The position numbers and the translations under genes are program-made. Shown one piece after another: positions 15,095 through 22,922 of a stretch of 35,336 nt of DNA; the first letter of the stretch is position 1, and each line of letters starts with the position of its first letter. Below the pieces are notes generated by a model that had not been told where the DNA came from, ran no database searches, and was given only the letters and a program-made list of their open reading frames with translations. Source of the DNA: a virus; UHGV virus genome UHGV-0373725. One strand, written 5' to 3'.

Positions 15095-16720
15095 ATGGAT
15101 CAACTCGCCAGCCGGTTAATCAGGCGCGCTGACACGCTGAAAGCAAATCGCCAGGTGCACGAAAGCGTCTGGCGGGAATGCTACGACTACACCTATCCGC
15201 TGCGCGGGGCCGGGTTTTCGTCTGAGGTGCTGGACGCACAGAGCGCAAAGCACAAGGTTGCGAAGCTGCTGGACGGCACAGCCACCGACAGCGCCCGTAT
15301 GCTGGCGTCCGCGCTTATGTCAGGGATGACCCCGGCGAATGCTCAATGGCTGAACCTCGACAGCGAATTACTTCCTGATGACGCTAAGGCGTGGTTGTCC
15401 ACCTGTGCAACGCTGGTATGGGAAAATATCCACGCCGCTAACTTTGACGCGGAAGGGTACGAGGCCAATCTCGATGTGGTCTGTGCTGGCTGGTTCGCGC
15501 TGTACGTCGATGAGGACAAGGAAGAGGGAGGATTTACCTTCCAGCAGTGGCCGCTGGCGCAATGCTTTGTGACTTCCACCCGCCGGGATGGCATCGTGGA
15601 CACGATTTATCGGTGCTATCAGCTCACCGCTGAACAGGCAGTGAAAGAATTCGGCGCGGACAAGGTAAGCGAAAAAATCCGCGATGCTGCAAAAAACAAA
15701 CCTGACGATAAATTTGATTTCCTGCACTGCATTTTCCCGCGTGATACCTACGCCGTAAATGCGAAGCTGGCGCGCAATATGCGTTTTGCATCGTTCAACG
15801 TGGAAGTGAACGGCAAGCGTATCGTGCGTGAATCCGGCTATCACGAATTCCCTGTGTGCGTCCCGCGCTGGATGAAAATTCCCGGCGGCTCCTACGGTAT
15901 CGGCCCGGTATACGACGCGCTGCCGGACTGCAAAGAGCTGAACGAAACCAAACGCATGGAGAAGGCCGCGCAGGATCTGGCTATCTCCGGTATGTGGATT
16001 GCTGAGGATGACGGCGTGCTCAACCCGCGAACGGTAAAAGTTGGCCCGCGCCGCGTCATCGTGGCGAACAGCACCGAAAGCATGAAACCTTTGCTCACCG
16101 GCGCAGATTTCAACGTGGCGTTTACCGCTGAACAGCGCCTGCAGGCTTCCATTCGCAAAATCATGATGGCCGATCAGTTGCAACCGCAGGACGGCCCGGC
16201 AATGACTGCTACCGAAGTGCATGTGCGTGTCGCGCTGATCCGCCAGTTGCTTGGCCCGGTCTATGGACGATTCCAGGCTGAATACCTGCAACCGCTGGTG
16301 GAGCGCTGCTTCGGTATTGCGTTCCGCGCTGGCGTTTTTCCTCCCGCTCCCGAGAGCCTCCAGAGCGCCAATTTCAACGTGCGTTATATCTCCCCGCTGG
16401 CCCGTGCGCAGAAGCTGGAAGATGTGACCGCCATCGAGCGATACGGCCAGAACATCATGCAGCTGGCGCAGGCGTACCCGGATGTACTGGACAACATGGA
16501 CAGCGACGAGGCGAGCAAGGTTGTCGGCGAGGCTCTTGGCGTTCCGGCAAAAGTTATGCGTTCCGCTGATGCGGTCGAGCAACTTCGACAGCAGCGCCAG
16601 CAGATGCAACAGCAGCAGGCGCAACAGCAGTTGCTGATGCAGGCCGGGACGGAAGCCGCCGGCGCAGCAGGGCAGGCAGCAGGCGCAATTATGGGACAAC
16701 GACTGGCGGGCAACCAATGA
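15095..16720 (+). CDS. Portal (head-to-tail connector) protein, T7 gp8-like
   Basis: 541 aa; collinear resemblance to T7 gp8 including the Gln/Ala-rich C-terminal tail. Confidence 0.85.
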   Translation: MDQLASRLIRRADTLKANRQVHESVWRECYDYTYPLRGAGFSSEVLDAQSAKHKVAKLLDGTATDSARMLASALMSGMTPANAQWLNLDSELLPDDAKAWLSTCATLVWENIHAANFDAEGYEANLDVVCAGWFALYVDEDKEEGGFTFQQWPLAQCFVTSTRRDGIVDTIYRCYQLTAEQAVKEFGADKVSEKIRDAAKNKPDDKFDFLHCIFPRDTYAVNAKLARNMRFASFNVEVNGKRIVRESGYHEFPVCVPRWMKIPGGSYGIGPVYDALPDCKELNETKRMEKAAQDLAISGMWIAEDDGVLNPRTVKVGPRRVIVANSTESMKPLLTGADFNVAFTAEQRLQASIRKIMMADQLQPQDGPAMTATEVHVRVALIRQLLGPVYGRFQAEYLQPLVERCFGIAFRAGVFPPAPESLQSANFNVRYISPLARAQKLEDVTAIERYGQNIMQLAQAYPDVLDNMDSDEASKVVGEALGVPAKVMRSADAVEQLRQQRQQMQQQQAQQQLLMQAGTEAAGAAGQAAGAIMGQRLAGNQ

Positions 16721-16950
16721 TCAAAAAAGACGTAACCCCTGAAGACTACCGGCGCATTTTCGAGGAGATGCCCGGCGGGCCGCAGGTGCTGGACGAATTA
16801 ACGCGCCGCTTCGGGCGTGAGGCGTATGTCAAAGGCGGTACCGAAGGCGACCGGGAAACCTGTTACCGGGCCGGACAGCGTTCCGTGCTCGATTTCATTC
16901 TGATGCAAATCAACAAAGCAGACGGAGTAAACGACGATGTGGAAGTTTAA
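16717..16950 (+). CDS. Hypothetical protein (77 aa) between portal and scaffold genes
   Basis: ATGA overlap with the portal stop. Confidence 0.5.
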   Translation: MIKKDVTPEDYRRIFEEMPGGPQVLDELTRRFGREAYVKGGTEGDRETCYRAGQRSVLDFILMQINKADGVNDDVEV

Positions 16951-17785
16951 ACACTTATTCATGAACACCGAAACAGGTGCAGAAGCGCCAGCGGGTAACG
17001 CAGGAGGGGATGATGCTGGTAATAGCGATGGTACTCAAAATCCGGGCGGCGGTACTCCTGCTGGTACTTCGCTACTCAGCACCGGCGCGGGCGAACAAGG
17101 CGCGGATGACTGGCTACCTGAAAAATACCGCGTTATGGGCGATGACGGAAAACTCAACGTTGAAGGCTCAGCCCGCAAACTGGCGGATGCTTACACGCAC
17201 CTTGAAAAGCGCATGGGCAGCGGCGACACGCCGCCGAAAACGGCTGATGAGTATGCGCCAAAGGTAGAGGTCGAGGGTTTTAAGTGGGACGAATTCAAAG
17301 CCGACCCGCGCATGCAATCCTTCATGAAATCGGCTCATGCCAAAGGCATCACCAACGATCAGATGGGTTTCATCCTGGGCGAATATGCACAGCTGGCCCC
17401 CGAACTGGTTAACGGTGCTGCGGCGCTGGATTCGGAAGCCGCCGCCACGCAGCTGCGCGAGACGTGGAAAACTGACGCCGAGTTTAATAAAAACATCGGT
17501 CTGGCTTTCCGGGCATTTAACTCTCTGGCAGATGACGGCGACAAAGGGCGCATGGATGAAATCGGCAATAACCCGATGGTGATCCGCATGCTGGCGAAAA
17601 TCGGCGCTGAAATGCAGGAGGATGCGCCGGCGGGCGGCGATGTGAATCTCGAAGAACAGCAATCAATCCGTGACCTGATGAAGTCCCCGGCCTACATGGA
17701 TCCTAAACACGCCGACCATGAGAACGTTTCCGCCCGGGTTCGCGCGTACTACCAGAAGCGTTACGGTGATCAAACTGTAGCGTGA
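16937..17785 (+). CDS. Putative scaffolding protein (T7 gp9 position)
   Basis: 282 aa, acidic, Gly-rich N-terminus, helical composition; located between portal and capsid genes. Confidence 0.5.
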   Translation: MWKFKHLFMNTETGAEAPAGNAGGDDAGNSDGTQNPGGGTPAGTSLLSTGAGEQGADDWLPEKYRVMGDDGKLNVEGSARKLADAYTHLEKRMGSGDTPPKTADEYAPKVEVEGFKWDEFKADPRMQSFMKSAHAKGITNDQMGFILGEYAQLAPELVNGAAALDSEAAATQLRETWKTDAEFNKNIGLAFRAFNSLADDGDKGRMDEIGNNPMVIRMLAKIGAEMQEDAPAGGDVNLEEQQSIRDLMKSPAYMDPKHADHENVSARVRAYYQKRYGDQTVA

Positions 17786-17806
17786 CATGTCACGACAACC
17801 TAACCA

Positions 17807-17821
17807 GAGGAAAGACCAATG
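17807..17821 (+). promoter_or_regulatory. Conserved translation-initiation cassette GAGGAAAGACCAATG inside the virion module, preceded by palindrome CGTGACATGTCACG
   Basis: Read directly; the only copy outside the early region. Confidence 0.6.
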
Positions 17822-18235
17822 AGCGACAAAGATATCGAGCAGCAAATTCAGGCTAAAGGCTTAACCGCGCCGCGCGTTACGCCTGATCATATCGAGAGCG
17901 TTATCAAAGAGTGCCATTATCTCAACGTCGGCGAAGCGGTTCAGGCGGGCTGGCCTGATAAGTCGGCAATGGACGATTGCAGCCCAGCGCTGAACCTGCT
18001 GACGATTTGTGTTCTGGTGCTGCACAACGGCTTCACCGTCACGGGCGAAAGCGCCTGCGCCAGCCCGCAAAACTTCGACCCGGAGATCGGTCGCAAGATT
18101 GCCCGCGAGAATGCGGTTAACAAGATTTGGATGCTGGAAGGTTACCTGCTGAAACAAAAGCTCAGTGAGCAGTGTACCGATGAGCGCATGTGTGAAAACT
18201 GCTACTCCGGCCAGGGCGCCTGTAATAACAAGTAA
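17819..18235 (+). CDS. Hypothetical Cys-rich protein (138 aa)
   Basis: Carries the early-type cassette; C-terminus CENCYSGQGACNNK; followed by a terminator. Confidence 0.55.
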   Translation: MSDKDIEQQIQAKGLTAPRVTPDHIESVIKECHYLNVGEAVQAGWPDKSAMDDCSPALNLLTICVLVLHNGFTVTGESACASPQNFDPEIGRKIARENAVNKIWMLEGYLLKQKLSEQCTDERMCENCYSGQGACNNK

Positions 18236-18259
18236 CACCGTGACCAGTCACAACCAGAA

Positions 18260-18286
18260 GCCAGCCTAACCCGCTGGCTTTTTTAT
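18260..18286 (+). terminator. Intrinsic terminator
   Basis: GCCAGC-ctaaccc-GCTGGC followed by TTTTTTATT. Confidence 0.6.
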
Positions 18287-18288
18287 TT

Positions 18289-18304
18289 GGTCGGGATTCC
18301 GACC
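18289..18304 (+). promoter_or_regulatory. Conserved late element GGTCGGGATTCCGACC, copy 1 (upstream of the capsid gene)
   Basis: 16-nt palindrome (GGTCGG/CCGACC arms); flanks identical to copy 3 (ttGGTCGGGATTCCGACCGC). Confidence 0.6.
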
Positions 18305-18454
18305 GCGCACCTCGATAACAATCACTCCATAACCAGCCCGGCGGGGACGCCGGATACCTGATTTCTCCCGCAATGCGCCAGCGCCAACCGCATTGTGCAG
18401 ATTTGGGCCGGGAAACCGACACCCCGCAGGCGATTTTTTACTGGAGTGATTTTT

Positions 18455-19360
18455 ATGTCATTTGATGCAAACAAGAACATGATCACCGCTGCGTTTGTTA
18501 CGCAGTTTCATGATTCTTTCGAAATTGCTGCACAGCAAAAGGATTCGCGCCTGCAAGCGGCTGTCCATGACCGTGGCAGCATCACCGGTGCGTCGTTCAC
18601 CATCAACGATATGGGTACCATTGAGATGAACCAGATCACCACGCGTTTCGGTGATACCGTCTGGGATGTTCCGGAAGCCGGTACCCGTAATGCGCTGATG
18701 GCCGACTACGGCGTTTTCGTCCCGGTCGAGAAACGCGACCTGCGCAAGCTGATTGCCGACCCGCAGGGGCCGTATTTGCAGCTCACCCTGTCCGCCGCCA
18801 ACCGCAAAAAAGACGATGTAATTTACCGCGCGCTGCTCGATGCGGTACTGCGTAAGACTGAGAACAACGGCGCGTATGCATCCGTTACCCTCCCGGCCTC
18901 GCAGAAAATCGTTGCTGGCGGTACTGGCATGACCAAAGCCAAACTGATCGCAGCAAAAGCGATGTTCCGCCGTAACGAATGTGACGAGCAGAACGGCGAA
19001 GAGCTGTACATGACGTACAACGCCGACATGCTGACGCAGATCCTCAGCGATACCACGCTGACCAGCGCCGACTTTATGGCGGTGAAAATGCTTCAGGAAG
19101 GTTCGGTGTCGTCTAAATGGCTGGGCTTTAACTGGCTGGCATACGAGAAGCTGGATTCTGCCACTGCCGAAAACGTCACCACCAAAACCGCCGCCGCCTG
19201 GTGTAAGTCCGCTGTGCATTTCGGTACCGGCGCTGAGTACAACGTCGATATCGGCCCGCGTCGCGATAAAAATAACACCATCCAGATTTCCGTTGATGCG
19301 TCCTATGGCGCTGGCCGCGCCAACGAGAAAAAAGTCGTTGCCATCGATTTTGTAGCATAA
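18455..19360 (+). CDS. Major capsid protein (by position and size)
   Basis: 301 aa from ATG with GGAG Shine-Dalgarno; follows the scaffold gene and is bracketed by terminators as T7 gene 10 is; sequence not obviously T7 gp10-like. Confidence 0.6.
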   Translation: MSFDANKNMITAAFVTQFHDSFEIAAQQKDSRLQAAVHDRGSITGASFTINDMGTIEMNQITTRFGDTVWDVPEAGTRNALMADYGVFVPVEKRDLRKLIADPQGPYLQLTLSAANRKKDDVIYRALLDAVLRKTENNGAYASVTLPASQKIVAGGTGMTKAKLIAAKAMFRRNECDEQNGEELYMTYNADMLTQILSDTTLTSADFMAVKMLQEGSVSSKWLGFNWLAYEKLDSATAENVTTKTAAAWCKSAVHFGTGAEYNVDIGPRRDKNNTIQISVDASYGAGRANEKKVVAIDFVA

Positions 19361-19376
19361 AGCCGCTGGTACCTTT

Positions 19377-19404
19377 GCCGGGGGATCCCTCCCGGCCTTT
19401 TTTC
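19377..19404 (+). terminator. Intrinsic terminator immediately after the capsid gene
   Basis: GCCGGG-ggatccct-CCCGGC followed by CTTTTTT. Confidence 0.6.
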
Positions 19405-19419
19405 ATCTGAGGTAAGGCT

Positions 19420-19983
19420 ATGGCTTCCAGTATCTCTATCTGTTCTAACGTACTGCTGGCGCTCGGCGCTCATCCCATTAACAGCTTCGACGAAGCGACC
19501 GAACACGCCCGCCTGTGCTCCAATATTTACCCTACCGTACGCAATGACCTGCTGCGAAAACATCCATGGAACTGCGCGGTAAAACGCGTCGTGCTCTCAC
19601 CGTCCAGCACCGCGCCCGCGTTTGGTTTCGGCTACCAGTTCCCGCTGCCGGGCGATTTAATCCGGATCCTGTCCGTTGGCCGTGAGTATGAGGATATCGG
19701 GTACCGCGTTGAAGGAAACCGCCTGCTGGCGAATCAGAACGTAATTTATCTGCGCTACCTGTTTCGTAACGAGGATGAATCGACGTGGGATTCGTCGCTG
19801 GTCAATCTGGCCGAAGCGTTCATGGCCGCAAAGCTGGCGTACGCCGTCACCGGCTCCGCGAGTCTGCGCGACAGTCTGACGCAGGAAGCTGCATTCCTTC
19901 TTCGCCAGGCCAAATCTATCGACGGACAGGAAGAACCGCCGGAAACGCTGGACGGCTATCCAACTTATGAATCGAGGTTCTGA
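19420..19983 (+). CDS. Tail tubular protein A-like (T7 gp11 position; tentative)
   Basis: 187 aa, immediately upstream of and overlapping the large tail-tube gene; call is by synteny only. Confidence 0.4.
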   Translation: MASSISICSNVLLALGAHPINSFDEATEHARLCSNIYPTVRNDLLRKHPWNCAVKRVVLSPSSTAPAFGFGYQFPLPGDLIRILSVGREYEDIGYRVEGNRLLANQNVIYLRYLFRNEDESTWDSSLVNLAEAFMAAKLAYAVTGSASLRDSLTQEAAFLLRQAKSIDGQEEPPETLDGYPTYESRF

Positions 19984-21974
19984 TGCGCGCGAACCTAATA
20001 AAAACCAATTTTACCGCGGGTGAAATTTCCCCGCGCCTGATGGGGCGTGTTGATATCGCCCGCTATGCCAACGGTGCAAAAATTATCGAAAACGCGGTGT
20101 GCGTGGTGCAGGGCGGTGTCGTTCGCCGACCGGGTACGCGCTTTGCCGCTGCCGCTAAATATGGTGACCGGACAGCACGACTGATCCCCTACGTCTTTAA
20201 CCGCTCGCAGGCGTACATGCTCGAATTTGGCGACGGGTATCTGCGCATCTACCAGAACGGCCGGCAGCTGGTAAACGACGATAATACCCCGTATGAAATC
20301 GCCAGCCCGTACACCGTCGATATGTTGTCTGAGGTGAATTACGTGCAGGGCGCTGACACGATGTTTTTAGTGCACCAGAGCGTCCCGCCGCACCGCTTGC
20401 AGCGTAAGGGGCAAACTGATTGGGTACTGGAAGCCGCGCCGTTTATCGTGGAACCATTCGACGAAATCCGCGACACGCCGGAGAAATGGTGTAAGCCATC
20501 GGTTAAAGAATTCGTCGGCTCAGAAATCACGCTGACGCTCAGTGATGCCGAACCCGCAGATGATGACGATTCCCCCGCGTTTACTGGTACCGGCTGGATA
20601 TCGGAGGACGTTGGTTCGTACGTTCGCATTAACAGCGGTCTGGTGCTAATTAAGAGCATCACCAGCGCGCAGATTGCTGTCGGCACCATCCGCACCGATT
20701 TAAGCGCAACGCAGGCGGCATCCCCCGGAGCCTGGACACGTGAAGATACTGTCTGGACGGAGGAATTTGGCTACCCCGGCGCGGTGACGCTGTACCAGCA
20801 GCGGCTGGTTCTGGCTGGTTCCCCGCAGTACCCGCAAACAATCTGGTGGAGCGAAACCGGCGTTTACCTGTCGTTTGAGCTGGGAACGGACGACGACGAC
20901 GCGATCAGCTTTACGCTGTCTTCTGACCAGTTAAACCCGATCGTGCATCTGGCGCAGATGAATACGCTTATCGCGCTGACGTACGGCGGCGAGTTTACAA
21001 TCACTGCCGGCAGCGACGCGGCGATCACCCCGACCAATATTTCGGTAAAAAATCCCAGCCCGTACGGCTGCAACAGCATTCGCCCGGTTCGTGTCGGTAC
21101 CGAAATTATGTTTATCCAGCGTGCCGGGAAAAAACTGTATGCCGTGGCGTATGACCCCGACAGCTACGTTTCGTATTCCGCCAATGATTTAACGGTGCTG
21201 GCCGAACACATCACGGCCGGCGGCGTCCTCGATATGGCGTATCAGCAACAGCCTGATGCGTTCGTGTGGCTGATCCGCGCCGATGGCGTACTGGTGACGA
21301 TGGGTATCGACCGGGCGCAGGATGTAGTCGCATGGTCACGCCAGATCACCGATGGCGTTTTTGAATCGGTGGCGAGTATTCCCTCGGAAAGCGACGACGT
21401 GATTTATGTTCTGGTGCGCCGGGAAGTTAACGGCCAGACCGTTCGTTATGTTGAAGTATTCGACAGCAACCTGAATACCGATTCCGCAGTAACCGGCTCC
21501 AGTTCAGAAGGTGCCACCACGTGGACAGGTCTTTCTCACCTCAATGGAAAAACGGTTGATGTGGTGGCCGATGGTTCCGTGATGCCGCAGGCAACGGTAA
21601 CAGACGGGCAAATCACTCTCAGCCGCAAAGCGAAAAAAATCGAAGTAGGCCTGCATTACGAAACCACCATCCAGACGCTGACGCCGGAAATCTCAACGAC
21701 CGAAGGCACCACGCAGAACGCCCGCAAGCGTACCAGCGAAGTCACGCTCCGCTTTATGGAAACCACTGGCGCGGAGTGCAACGGTCAGGTGATCCCCTTC
21801 CGTACCTTCGGCCCAAAAATCCTTAACCAGCCCGCGCCACTTTTCACCGGTGATCATTATTTCGGGAAACTTGGCTGGGAGCGCGGGGAAGACACTTTGA
21901 TTATTCAGCAACGCCAGCCGCTGCCGTTTCATCTGCTGGCGATTATTTTCACGTTCTCCAGCAACGGGGGCTAA
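19983..21974 (+). CDS. Tail tubular protein B-like (T7 gp12 position)
   Basis: 663 aa; N-terminal pattern GEISPRLMGRVDIARYANGAKIIENAVCVVQGGVVRRPGTRF typical of podovirus tail-tube proteins; synteny. Confidence 0.5.
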   Translation: MRANLIKTNFTAGEISPRLMGRVDIARYANGAKIIENAVCVVQGGVVRRPGTRFAAAAKYGDRTARLIPYVFNRSQAYMLEFGDGYLRIYQNGRQLVNDDNTPYEIASPYTVDMLSEVNYVQGADTMFLVHQSVPPHRLQRKGQTDWVLEAAPFIVEPFDEIRDTPEKWCKPSVKEFVGSEITLTLSDAEPADDDDSPAFTGTGWISEDVGSYVRINSGLVLIKSITSAQIAVGTIRTDLSATQAASPGAWTREDTVWTEEFGYPGAVTLYQQRLVLAGSPQYPQTIWWSETGVYLSFELGTDDDDAISFTLSSDQLNPIVHLAQMNTLIALTYGGEFTITAGSDAAITPTNISVKNPSPYGCNSIRPVRVGTEIMFIQRAGKKLYAVAYDPDSYVSYSANDLTVLAEHITAGGVLDMAYQQQPDAFVWLIRADGVLVTMGIDRAQDVVAWSRQITDGVFESVASIPSESDDVIYVLVRREVNGQTVRYVEVFDSNLNTDSAVTGSSSEGATTWTGLSHLNGKTVDVVADGSVMPQATVTDGQITLSRKAKKIEVGLHYETTIQTLTPEISTTEGTTQNARKRTSEVTLRFMETTGAECNGQVIPFRTFGPKILNQPAPLFTGDHYFGKLGWERGEDTLIIQQRQPLPFHLLAIIFTFSSNGG

Positions 21975-22426
21975 TGATGATCCGTAATGCAACCGCCGGT
22001 GATATTCCGGCGCTTATCGAACTGGGAACCCGGATGTACCTGGAATCCCGCTATTCCGAAAACTCACCCTTTGACGCGGACAAATGCGCGGAACTGGCTG
22101 AGAGCCTGATTTATTCCCCCGCCGGATGCGTGCTGGTGGCAGAGAAAAACGGCCTGGTGATTGGCTGGCTCGGCGGCGGCATCGCGGAGCAGTTTTTTTC
22201 CCGCCAGTTGATGGCGTTTGAATATGGCCTGTTCGTCGCTCCGGAGTACCGGGGCGGCAGCGCGGGCCCACGGCTGGCCCGTGCATTTATCGAATGGTCG
22301 AAAGAACACGGCGCCGCAGTGATCAACATGGGGATCACCACGGGCGTCCATGCCGAACGTACTGGCCAGCTTTATTCCCGCCTCGGTCTGCAACGTACCG
22401 GGCTGCTTTATTCGATGGAGGTTTAA
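21974..22426 (+). CDS. GNAT-family N-acetyltransferase inserted in the virion module
   Basis: 150 aa; acetyl-CoA binding motif region (FVAPEYRGGSAGPRLARAFIEWSKEHGA); start and stop overlap neighbouring structural genes. Confidence 0.75.
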   Translation: MMIRNATAGDIPALIELGTRMYLESRYSENSPFDADKCAELAESLIYSPAGCVLVAEKNGLVIGWLGGGIAEQFFSRQLMAFEYGLFVAPEYRGGSAGPRLARAFIEWSKEHGAAVINMGITTGVHAERTGQLYSRLGLQRTGLLYSMEV

Positions 22427-22428
22427 CG

Positions 22429-22917
22429 ATGTGTACAGGTGTTGAAATCGCACTGGTGGCTTCTTCGGTTCTCGCTGCTGGCGGGGCAGTGGCCAGCGGC
22501 CAGCAGCAAAAGAAAATGGCGAACTATCAGGCCGCGCAGGCTGAAGCCGACGCCGAAGCATCAAAAGCAGCGGCAAAAGTTGAAGCGGAGCGTATTCGTA
22601 AAGCCGGTCGCCAGCAGGCATCTGCCGCCAATGCTGCGTTGGCAGCTTCAGGCGTTGAGACGGGAGAGGGAACGGCGCTCCGTGTCACGTCAGGTATTGC
22701 AGGGGATGCGGAGCAGGACGCCTATCAGACAATCCTTAATGGCGTGAATTCTTCTAATCGCCTGCAGGCGCAGGCACAAGCCGACAGGATCAGCGGCAGT
22801 AATGCGGCGACAGCGGGGAATATTAGTGCTGGCAGTTCATTACTTAGTGCTGGCGGAACTGCATACAGCGGCTGGAAAAAAGCAAAAACAGGCAAATACG
22901 GTTTATATGCGGAGTAA
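22429..22917 (+). CDS. Internal virion (ejection) protein, T7 gp14-like
   Basis: N-terminus MCTGVEIALVASS...QQQKKMANYQAAQAEA resembles T7 gp14 MCWAAAIPIAISG...NAQAKMIAAQTAAG; GGAGG Shine-Dalgarno. Confidence 0.6.
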   Translation: MCTGVEIALVASSVLAAGGAVASGQQQKKMANYQAAQAEADAEASKAAAKVEAERIRKAGRQQASAANAALAASGVETGEGTALRVTSGIAGDAEQDAYQTILNGVNSSNRLQAQAQADRISGSNAATAGNISAGSSLLSAGGTAYSGWKKAKTGKYGLYAE

Positions 22918-22922
22918 GTGAC

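Noticed and set aside
16585-16640. CAG/CAA-rich tract at the 3' end of the portal gene
   Set aside because: It encodes the Gln-rich C-terminal tail that is a normal feature of T7-type portal proteins and is in frame, not an independent tandem-repeat element.
15368-16717. 449-aa minus-strand ORF antisense to the portal gene
   Set aside because: Fully overlaps the portal gene, which has a ribosome-binding site and T7 gp8-like sequence; the antisense translation is Arg/Cys/His-rich low-complexity sequence typical of spurious ORFs in GC-rich coding DNA.
18458-19219. 253-aa minus-strand ORF antisense to the capsid gene
   Set aside because: Contained within the capsid gene on the opposite strand; no ribosome-binding site; composition typical of antisense artefacts.
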